From positions 248,001 to 312,000 of the forward strand of contig JAAOMT010000657.1 of NCBI GenBank assembly GCA_016748015.1: a stretch of DNA of 64,000 nt. The letters run 5' to 3'. Source of the stretch: Geosiphon pyriformis uo1 (taxonomy: Eukaryota; Fungi; Glomeromycota). Under the pieces are notes generated by a model. It was given only the letters and a program-made list of their open reading frames with translations. It was not told the origin of the DNA and ran no database searches. Made by a program: the position numbers and the translations under genes. Within the stretch, counting starts at the first letter, position 1. Every line of letters begins with the position of its first letter. This document shows positions 1-9,728 of this stretch, in pieces.

Positions 1-453
1 ATAGCTCTTGATCATGGCTATTGATGAGATACTAACTTACCAAATTGCCTTGGCTTATTTTCATCATTATTTTCTTTATTTTATTTCTTTCTTTCTTTAA
101 TTCTGTTGTGCCTACTAATTGATTGAGGATTAAAAGCACTGAGTTATTGACGTCACAGATAGCCTGATAAAAGACCCAGAAATAAGAGTAGATTTATATA
201 TATTATTAGTTAGCTTACCAGAAGAGCACGACTGCCAGAATAAATCTGGCCACCAAGCTGAGAAAGAAATTGGAAAACAACTGACAACAAATAACGAATT
301 GCCACACTATCAGATCTCTGTCCATTATACAAAAGACTCTATCAAAACCTTCAGATACAACATTTACAGAATATCATTGATGGAAATAGCTTTTGAGCAC
401 CAAGTTACGAGTTTGTTATTTGACTTGAGACTCCAAATAATTCAACTGTAATA
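1..453 (+). repeat. 5' LTR of element A (3' part)
   Basis: Direct repeat of 9277-9728; ends ctgtaata (ancestral GTAACA) followed by the PBS. Confidence 0.96.
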
Positions 454-472
454 TTTGATGCTCCTTGTAAGG
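454..472 (+). promoter_or_regulatory. Primer-binding site; consensus over A/E/F/H is TTTGGTGCTCCTTGTGAGG (3' end like tRNA-Ile(UAU) or elongator tRNA-Met)
   Basis: Immediately 3' of LTR in A (454), E (40007), H (60301), F (57221, minus); complement CCUCAC-AAGGAGC-A-CCA fits T-stem, acceptor stem and CCA; tRNA identity is inference. Confidence 0.85.
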
Positions 473-515
473 TATAATCCTACAGAGAACCAGCACCAAC
501 AACACCAAACCAAAA

Positions 516-2640
516 GTGGTAGAATCAGAAATAATAGGGACAAATTATTTAAGATTTGCAAAATTTTTATTTCAACAGTACAGCCAGCAGCTAGGCCTAA
601 ACAACAATCATTACCCAGCAGAATCAGCTTTCAACTTCTATGTCAATGAAAGAATCACAGATTTCCTAGGAAGACCAGTTGACATTGAATCAGCAAGAAA
701 AAATTTTTATTCAGAACTAATCCAACATACCAACTTATCCAGAAATTACAGCTTTGCACCCATTATCAGAAAAATCAACCAAGAAATTGAAAGATATACA
801 CAAAAGACATTCCCTATTACTTACCAAAACAAAGGCAAAGGAAAACTACAGACACCAGCAATAACACCCAAAGAAATACAAATTCCTAACTGGAAAAAAC
901 AAAGAATCGAATTTCTGATATACTCATTATACCATCACACACCTGAAAGTACCATCAACATCACATTAGCAGATGCGTCTACCAGTACAAAGACGCCACT
1001 AGCAAGAATCACATTTCAGAGTAAACAAAAGAAAAACGAACTATTAGAAGCATACAGCAATTATTTTGAAGGATTTAAATCAAGATCACTAACACCATCA
1101 GGATTTCAATTACTGCCTCATCAGCCAGATTTTGGAACTGTTAGTCCTTGGGAAATTACTGAATCAGAAGAAAAAAAAGATGAGGATCAGAAATTTAATT
1201 ACCAAAACCCAATCCTAGAAGACCCGAACATTCAAACTCAGCAACATTTAAAAAATTCAGAAATTGAAACTCTGAATATTTGAACCCTGCCAAATCAAAG
1301 AAATTAAAACCCCGAGTTAATTCATCAGCAAAATCTATCTCCAGTTATTGTTATTAATCAACCACCAATTAAGCCGATCAGTAAGCCAATTCAACTATTT
1401 CAAGTACTACTCCAACAACTGTTACCTTTTCAACAACCACTTCAACAGCCACCACAACCACCCAACTTAGATCCAATGGCCTATGCACCAATCACAAAAC
1501 TTGACAACTTTACCGGCGAAGAGGATGATGCTCAAGTATAGCTGAATGATATAGAAAAAGCCATTGCAGCCAATGGATGGAATGATGCCCAGACAATGCA
1601 AGCCATTCTCTACTTTTTCAAGGATACTGCCAATTTATGGTACCAGAGCTTGATTAATAAACCACAAGATTTTGATGCATTCAAAGAGGAATTCCTAAGA
1701 TACTTCAGCAACAATAACAGCATCAATTGCCTAGTCAACATGTTCACCACCATGAAACAAAGAGAAACTAAAGCAGTCACTACTTACTTGGAATGCTTCC
1801 ATCAAAATCTGCGCCAAATTCAAGCAATTGATGCCAACTATTTCACAGCATTACAGATCCTTAACCAGTTTATCCATGGCCTGCGCAGCAGCATCCTGCA
1901 ACATGTATGTCTGTTGCATCCAGGTATACTTCAAGATGCAGTCACACATGCCAAAGATTTTGAATCTGCTGAGTCAGAGGCCAACCACGCCCAAGCCATT
2001 AATCTAGTAATGAACAGATCATCTGAATTGGATTCCAAATTGGAAAAGTTCAGTGAATCAATTAATAAGAGATTAGAAGGATACTTAGCTGACAATCATG
2101 CCATTTATCAGCCTCCACAATGATGCAATAATCATAGAAACTCTAATCGTGTCCAAAATCAACCACATCCATCTTCATCAACCAATCAACAGTGGCAACA
2201 GGAAATGCATATTTGCCACTATTGTGGTAAACAAGGACATATTCAAATCGATTGCTGTCAGCATTTAAATAACAAATGATCAAGAAATCAATATCAAAAC
2301 CCTGATCGTTGGTTCTCAACTCTGAATCATCAATCAAACTCAACACAATATCAAACTACTTACCTGCCAATGATGCAGCAATCAATTTATCAACCACCAG
2401 TATATTAAGCTCTAATTTATCAACCAATGGCCCCAATTTATCAGCCACAGCCACAGGTAATATATCAACTGCAGTCACCAACAATTTATCAACCCCAAAT
2501 GATTCAGACCCCACCACAAAACTTACCAGCCAGCGAAGTCCAAAAACCGAGAATTACACAGCAAAACTGAAGATTGTCGATAGTAGTTCATTAGCCAATT
2601 CCCTGTTCCTTCAGTCAAACAAGATCTTATCAATAAAATT
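516..2640 (+). pseudogene. gag: gag of element A: N-terminal extension (516-1475), capsid from ATG 1476, CCHC knuckle, IYQP-repeat tail
   Basis: MAYAPITKLDNFTGEEDDAQ...WYQSLINKPQDFDAFKEEFL capsid-like region; CHYCGKQGHIQIDC at 2214-2255; one frame continuing into PR. Confidence 0.9.
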
Positions 2641-2869
2641 TGGGTGCTGGGAATTCCCAAAACCTGAATTCCCAGGACTATTTAAGTCTCCTGGTTACTC
2701 CAGAAGATGCCTCACCCAGCAACCAAGAACCCACTCAAAACCACCAAACACGTACCAGCAATATTCTACCAACAATAGTCACCAACGACAAATTACTGAA
2801 CGCCATTTTTCCATTCAAACTCAAGGAACTATCAACCATGCCATTATTGAGTGGAGCTACACTGGAAGA

Positions 2870-3258
2870 AAAGCCAATTACCGCCATGTATACTGATGTA
2901 AAAATTGATGGCCATCTCATCAAACTAATTCTTGACAGTGGTTCAGCAGGCAGCATCATTACATGACAACTTATGGATCAATTAGGTGACTGAGTTGATT
3001 GAGCTGCTAGCACCAGAATCATCACAGCTGATGAAGTGACCAAGACTCCAATCGGCGAAATCAATGACTTATCAATTGAAATTAACGGCATCATAGTACC
3101 AATCAAAATACTCGTTATGGAAGCCACCCAATAGCAAGCTCTAGTAGGTAATGACTAGCTGTCTAAGACAAACACCACTTTGGATTAGAATACACAAGAG
3201 CTTCAACTCAGCCAGAATGGGCGACACATGCAAGTACCAGCAATATGTGGCCACTTCA
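2870..3258 (+). pseudogene. Retropepsin aspartic protease of A
   Basis: LILDSGSAGSII and ALVGND(W)L motifs. Confidence 0.92.
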
Positions 3259-3598
3259 AGACTACCAACACCACGGCATCATTAATCAACTTCGAGGAAG
3301 AAAAACCAAAACCTATCTGGGAAGCCTACCAAGTATTGTGGGCTGATGAAGAGCACAACGAGCTGCCACCAATACTCTCTTAGGATGACAACAGGAAAGG
3401 GAAGCAAACAAACGAACTTACCTGGGAAACCGACAATCTAACTTGAACCGACAACAAACAAGAAGAAGCTTTCAGTTGGGAATGGAACAAAAATAAGAGA
3501 AAAAAAAAAGAAAAAAAAAAGGAATGCCACCAACTGCTGTCATTTATAACTCCTACACCCACCACACTTCACAACAATCCAATTATTGACAGCCAAGG

Positions 3599-4230
3599 CT
3601 TGTATGTGTCAATTGCAGCAAGAAACTGTCATCAATGAGCACATGCTGTAGCGACGATGAGGAATACCACACTGCAACAAAGTTCTACTGTCATCCATGC
3701 TTACTTGAATGCTTTGGATGACCAAAGCAGCAAGGAAAATGGGATAACCAACTTTGTTTCGCTTGTGGGGAGACCCTGCTAGATAAAAGAATGTGAAATA
3801 ACATTCCAGGATGTAGAGGAATGTGCGATGCATTGTGTCAATACACAATTCTAATAAGTGACTGGGTAAAGAAAAGAACACCAATAGAAGCAGCCTGGAG
3901 AAGAGCCGTGCAGTGACTGGACAGTTGTCCACATGATGATGATAAAATTTGGAGAATGGCAATTAGCAAAATAGAAGGAGCAACACCCGAAGAGATCAGA
4001 GAAATCAAAAACAACTCATCAGAACCCATCAAGCTTGACTGGAATGCAAAGCCAGTCATAAATTTTCTGGAACCAAAAAAGTTCCATGAATACTACCAAA
4101 ACTTGGCACCCACTAGAGAAGAGCAAGAACAATAGCTAGCACAGTTGAATACAAGACTGTGTCGCCATTGTTTAATTCCCAGTAACTTTGAATATTGTGA
4201 CAATTGTAATCTTATTTACAATCCACCACC
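3599..4230 (+). pseudogene. Cys-rich multi-zinc-finger-like domain of unknown family inside pol (A)
   Basis: CVNC..YCHPC..CFAC..CDALC..helical..CRHC..CDNC; homologs in B, D, E, F, G, H. Confidence 0.75.
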
Positions 4231-4489
4231 ATGCATAATCTACACAATCCCCGAAGAGAAAGAACCAATCAGCAGCTGTGCATCAGAGTCGGAATCACCA
4301 CTCAATCCCAATTCAAACCCTGACAATAATGATGATAAGAATAACAGTTTCAGCTCTGTTCAAAATGGCAATGACAATGACAACAATATCAACTCAGATT
4401 CAAACTCCAACTCAAACTATGAACAATATATCATGCTTCCTGATCTCACCAAGGAACAAAAACTGAAATGGTTCAGCAATAATAATGAA

Positions 4490-4890
4490 GGTATTATGCC
4501 AGAATGTGCGCACAATACTGATGCAGAATTTGATCTGAGATATTCGGGAACAGAAGCCATCAAATTAGAACCACATACGTGCACCTGTATTAATTTGAAA
4601 ATAGCACTGGAAATTCCAGCAACAACAATGGTTCAATTAGCATCTAGGAGTAGTTTAGCAAAAAGAGGGATTAATATAAGAGGAGAAATAATTGACGCAG
4701 AATATGTAGGAAATATCATCACTATGCTACAAAATAACTCAAACAAGGCCTATATAATAGAGCCGAACGAAAAGATAGCACAGGCAATATTCTTATCTTT
4801 GGTTAAGATAGCTCAATTAGTACCAGTAGGAAACAGAGAAGAGTTAGAAATAACAGCAAGAGGGATACAGGGATTTGGGTCAATGGGTAG
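4490..4890 (+). pseudogene. dut: Trimeric dUTPase domain in pol of A
   Basis: All five motifs: DA(G)FDL, ASRSSLA, (G)IIDA(G)YVG, EKIAQ, RGIQGFGS(T)G. Confidence 0.93.
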
Positions 4891-5459
4891 AATAGATGTA
4901 TCAGTTAATATAGCAGAAGAAAAAATTGTTGGCCAAGAAAAAATTATCTCAACCGGTCAAGCTATTTCCATTCCACCATATAGCCAGTATATGCTAACAA
5001 TAGAAAGAAAGGAAAAAGAGCAAGAACAGATTTTTGAAGCTAAAGCAAGCCTTTGTAAATTAGGAGAAATAAGATTGATCAATCTCTACATACTAGCCAA
5101 AAGCTATAGCCACATAAAAATTCCCATCTACAACAACACTGGCAATGTCATCAACATACCAGAAGGAACCACCATCAGATATTTAACCACAGAAATAGAA
5201 GACCAACCATCAAACCCCATTCCAGACTTTTTACAACTTTGTGAATATATTGACATCACATCACAAACAATCTATAGACAAGACAAATGTTATTTACTCC
5301 AACCAAAACAATTGGAACAAATGAACATAGGAAACTTAGATCCACTTCAACATATACAGCTCAAGATGTTGCTCAACAATTTCAAGAACATTTTTGCCAG
5401 TGAAAACGAGTTTGACCAAACTGACATCATCCAGCATCAGATCAAGACTGGAGATGCAA

Positions 5460-6721
5460 TGCCAATCAAACAAAGAGCATACAGAGTGCCACCAGCCAGC
5501 CACGAGATCATTCGTTAAGAGATAAACCAAATGCTTAACAATGGGTTAATTCAACCATCAATGAGCCCATGGTCATTACCAGTAGTACTTGTTTGTAAAA
5601 AGAATGGAAAAATCCGATTTTGTGTGGACTACAGGAAACTCAACAGTGTAACTTGTAGAGACAGCTATCCAACTCCATGAATACAGGAATTATTTGATGC
5701 TTTCGGTGAAAACAAATGGTTCTCAACATTAGACTTAGACAGTGGTTATTGGCAAGTAGCCATGAATCCAGCTGACAAAAAGAAGACAGCATTCACCACT
5801 AGAAAAGGGAATTTTGAATTTGAAGTAATGCCATTTGGCTTAACCAATGCCCCAGCCACTTTCCAATGGCTAATGGAAATTGTTTATACTGGCTTATTGT
5901 GGAAATCAGTAGTTGTATACTTGGATGACACCAATGTATTCTCAAAAACATTTGATGATCACTTTCATCATCTTCAACAAGTGTTTGAAAGGTTAAGAAG
6001 AGCAAGACTAAAGTTAAATGCAACAAAGTGCTTCTTTGGCAAAACAGAACTAAAATTTTTGGGACACATAATCAGTAAAGACAGCATCAAAATGGATCCA
6101 GAGAAAATAGAGATAGTAAAAAACTTTCCAGTACCAACCAATGTAACTGAATTGAAATCATTCTTGGGATTCACAAGCTATTATCGATGCTTTATAAAGA
6201 ATTTTTTAAAGATAGCTCAACCGCTCAATAATTTGCAAACCAAGAATACCAAATATGAATGGACAGAAAGTCAACAAGAAGCTTTTGATATTCTGAAAAG
6301 AAAGCTTATTCAAGCTCCAGTACTGATCTACCCAGATTACAACAAACCATTTATCATTACTACTGATGTATCAGGCCAAGCATTGGGAGCAGTACTATCT
6401 CAAAAGAGACCAAATGGCAGAGTACATCCAGTAGCATATGCCAGCCAAGGTCTAACACCAGCCGAAAAGAACTATGGAACACCAGAACTAGAACATTTAG
6501 CAATTTATTGGGCAGTCATGAAGTGGAACAAATACTTGAGCCAAAAGTTTGATATATACACAGATTATAAAGAGTTAACATCACTTTAAAAGCAAGAATT
6601 TGATGACGGCCATCAATTCAGATGGAAAATGGCACTATTACGATATACTTATGCTATACACTATAAGAAAGGAAAAGACAACAGAAATGCTGATGATTTG
6701 TCGTAAATAAGACAAATTTAA
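5460..6721 (+). pseudogene. Reverse transcriptase + RNase H of A
   Basis: FCVDYRKLN, MPFGLTNAPATF, YLDD, TDVSGQALGAVLSQ, ELEHLA, YTD. Confidence 0.97.
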
Positions 6722-6781
6722 GAACATTTCAACCCAAAAATATAACAAAACCAGAACAATACCAACAAAAAATAACAAAAG

Positions 6782-8164
6782 ATGAACATACAAAAATATC
6801 AACAACTCTAACATTATATAAACACTCAACAGTTCAAAGAGAATTTATTTCAAATGGAACGAAAGAGGATCAAACAACAATCAAAATATTTTATCACTTA
6901 CCAAAATATACTTTATCAGAAAAATAGGAGGGATCTAGATCAGCCAACCAGAGTAATTACAGAGCCAGAGAAAGAGACAATATTATTCAACATGCACTCA
7001 AATCCAACAGCCAGACACTTTCACAAAGAAGCAACCATGAAAAGAACCAGAAAAAGATACTATTGGTCATCAATGTATCCAGACATTATCCAATATGTTC
7101 AAAATTGTAATGCTTGTCAGCGAAGAGGAGGAACAAGACCCAGTGAACCATTAAGACCAATCAAAGTGAGACAACCATTTGACCGGATTGGAATTGATTT
7201 AGTTGGACCATTAACAATCACCAGCAGAGGAAACAGATATATAGTAGTAGTCATGGACTATCTCACTAAATGGCCAGAGGCGAAAGCAATTCAAAGAGTG
7301 AATGCAAAATTTGTTGCCAAATTTGTTCATCAAGATTTAATTTGTCAACACAGATGTCCAAAAGAATTATTATCAGACCAAGGAACTCATTTTGTGAACA
7401 GAACATTAACAGAATTGAGCCAAAGATTCGGAATTAAGAGACTATTATCATCACCATACCATCCACAAACCAACAGATTAGTCAAAAAATTCAACAGAAC
7501 ATTGTGTAAAGCAATTGCCAAACTCAGCCAAAAAAACCAGGACAAATGAGATTTGTTCATACCATTAGTATTATTTGCTTATTAGACAATGAAGCAAGAT
7601 ACTACACAAGCAACACCATTTGAATTAGTATATGGTAGAACAGCAACATTACCAGTAGAGAGAGAAATTAGTACATATCAAGCTGAACCAATAACAGAAG
7701 AGAATTTTCAAGAAACATTGCTGAGAAGAACATATGAATTAATAGAAACATTAGAAAACAAACGAAAAAGAGCAGCTGATAATATTCAAAAGTTACAAAA
7801 AAAACAGAAAGAAAGACACAATAGTCAACTACTAGACAAACCAGTTGAATTCAAGATTAGAGACAAAGTACTTTTATATTGTACTAAAGCAGAAAAACAA
7901 TGGAGTGGAAAATTTGACCCCAAATGGGATGGACCATTTCACATAGAAGAAATTCTAGGAAATGGAGCTTACAAATTAAGACTGGATAACAAAATTTTAA
8001 CCAAAGCAGCACATAAAGATTGACTGAAATCATACCACAACATTACACTATCATCTATCAGTAATATTCCACAATTAGAAGTACAGAGAATACTAGTCCA
8101 ACCAGATGAAATTCCACGAAATCTGGAACCAATAATTATTATCGACAACAACATGTTAAATTGA
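6782..8164 (+). pseudogene. Integrase of A (HHCC, DDE, GPF/Y; no chromodomain), starting at its own ATG
   Basis: HSNPTARH..CNAC, GIDLVGP, SDQG, FNRTL, KWDGPFHI. Confidence 0.95.
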
Positions 8165-8217
8165 TTCAGCAAAAGAATATATAAAAACATGGTAAATGCG
8201 ACAAAAAATATCAGAAA

Positions 8218-8847
8218 ATAGAAATTACAGACAACATTCACTCACTAGCACAACAACTTTTTCAATTGATTCAACACCAGGAAATAAAAATTACAATCAA
8301 TCAACAAACCATTTGATATCAAAATCCTAGAAAGACATTGCAACCCAGAACACAAAAGAAAACTGAAAATATGGTGGACAAAATCATTGCGAAAGTAAAA
8401 TTAACAATAAGAGAGTTGACAAAAGAGACACTATATTAAGAGTTGACTAAAGAAACTTGAAATTAGTGGATACAACAATTTTCAAGAAACTATTGTTATT
8501 TTTATTTGGGACAACATATAAATATCCAGAATCTATTTACGGATAAAACAAAGCAATTATTCGACAAAAGAATATTACAACAATTAGAACATTTTGTGGG
8601 AAAGAACAACTTATCCACACAGGCCTGAACCATATACTGAATATATACAGCATTTCAGGATAGACCAGAAATATTACTCAACAAAGCAATAGATATGGTT
8701 ACCAGTAATCAATTGGAAAAGATCACCAATGCTCAATTTGAAAAATTACAGACCCAAATAACACAAGTAATTCTCAAAAACAAAATCCAGGAAATACTTC
8801 AAGAGGGGGAATTAAATGAGTTGGATTTCAACAGAGCTCAATATTAA
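8218..8847 (+). pseudogene. ORF3 of element A, ~209 aa, unknown function
   Basis: Codon-level conservation with E 52955-53586; protein similarity to B 15298-16032; ends DFNRAQY*. Confidence 0.8.
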
Positions 8848-8860
8848 AAGGAGGGAATAA
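8846..8860 (+). promoter_or_regulatory. Polypurine tract of A
   Basis: aaaaggagggaataa directly before the LTR start TGTTAC. Confidence 0.9.
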
Positions 8861-9728
8861 TGTTACTCATAGAAATATAGGAAATATATTAGCATAATTA
8901 GTAGCCAATCAGAAGTAGGCATAGTAAATGTGGAATTTCAGGATTCCTCTCAGGAATTGCAGGATTTCAGGAATTTTAGAATTCCCCAATGAGGAATTGC
9001 AGGATTCCAGAATTCCAGGATTCCTCTTAAAGAAATTGCAGAATTCCAGGAATTCCAGGATTCCTGTCATGAAGAATTAAGGAATTAAAGAATCTCAATT
9101 ATGTATATATAGCAGCAGGATTAGAAGCTGAAAAGAGGGACCTCTCAGTTTAGATTTAATCTAAGCAATCTTTCAATTCCCAATTATCAAATAAATAATT
9201 ATTTTATATCTCAATCCACTCTCCACTATTAACACTTCATGTTGATAGTAATTGATACTTAACCACACTGAAACAATAGCTCTTGATCATGACTATTGAT
9301 GAGATACTAACTTACCAAATTGCCTTGGCTTATTTTCATCATTATTTTCTTTATTTTATTTATTTATTTCTTTAATTCTGTTGTGCCTACTAATTGATTG
9401 AGAATTAAAAGCACTGAGTTATTGACATCACGGATAGCCTGGTAAAAGACCCAAAAATAAGGGTAGATTTATATATATTATCAGTTAGCTTACCAGAAAG
9501 GCATGACTGCCAGAATAAATCTGGCCACCAAGCTGAGAAAAAAATTGGAAAACAACTGACAACAAATGATGAATTGCTGCACTATCGGATCTCTGTTCAT
9601 TATACAAAAGACTTCATCAAAACCTTCAGATACAACATTTGCAGAATATCATCGATGGAAATAGCTTTTGAGCACCAAATTACAGGTTTGTTATTTGACT
9701 TGAGACTCCAAATAATTCAACTGTAACA
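8861..9728 (+). repeat. 3' LTR of A (868 bp, TGTTAC...GTAACA)
   Basis: Terminal inverted repeats; TATA-like tatatata ~9105; AATAAA ~9190. Confidence 0.96.
8931..9096 (+). repeat. U3 array of ~9-bp GGAATTCCA/GGATTCCA units
   Basis: Visible tandem degenerate palindromes; also in E, F, G, H LTRs. Confidence 0.85.

Larger units (their letters stand above)
1..9728 (+). mobile_element. Element A: near full-length Ty3/gypsy LTR retrotransposon (gag-PR-ZnF-dUTPase-RT-RH / IN / ORF3), decayed, 5' LTR cut by window edge; inserted into element B
   Basis: 1-453 repeats 9277-9728; PBS, PPT and PR-RT-RH-IN order present; many stops from C>T/G>A. Confidence 0.97.

Noticed and set aside
2634-2636. TAA between gag and PR shared by A and E as a possible readthrough site
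   Set aside because: H has TGG and F a sense codon here; best explained by decay of an ancestral Arg codon
2309-2896. 195-aa Ser/Thr/Asn-rich ORF overlapping the gag tail, also open in H (62074-62499)
   Set aside because: It is the -1 shadow of the Gln/Pro-rich IYQP repeats, which rarely creates stops; the CCHC knuckle and PR share the main frame
3495-3522. Poly-A frameshift after PR as a programmed frameshift
   Set aside because: B and D read in frame from PR into the ZnF domain; the A-runs vary between copies and reflect decay
5460-8164. Alternative genetic code (TGA=Trp), e.g. a Mollicutes endosymbiont
   Set aside because: TAG and TAA also replace Trp and Gln codons, differently in each copy; neighbouring genes have spliceosomal introns and standard stops
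8020-8164. Chromodomain at the integrase C-terminus
   Set aside because: No YLVKWxG-type motif; the tail ends LEPIIII
8218-8847. ORF3 as an env gene
   Set aside because: Only ~210-245 aa, with no signal peptide, transmembrane segment or furin-type site visible
8931-9096. Repeat array as a CRISPR
   Set aside because: No unique spacers or cas genes; it lies inside eukaryotic LTRs
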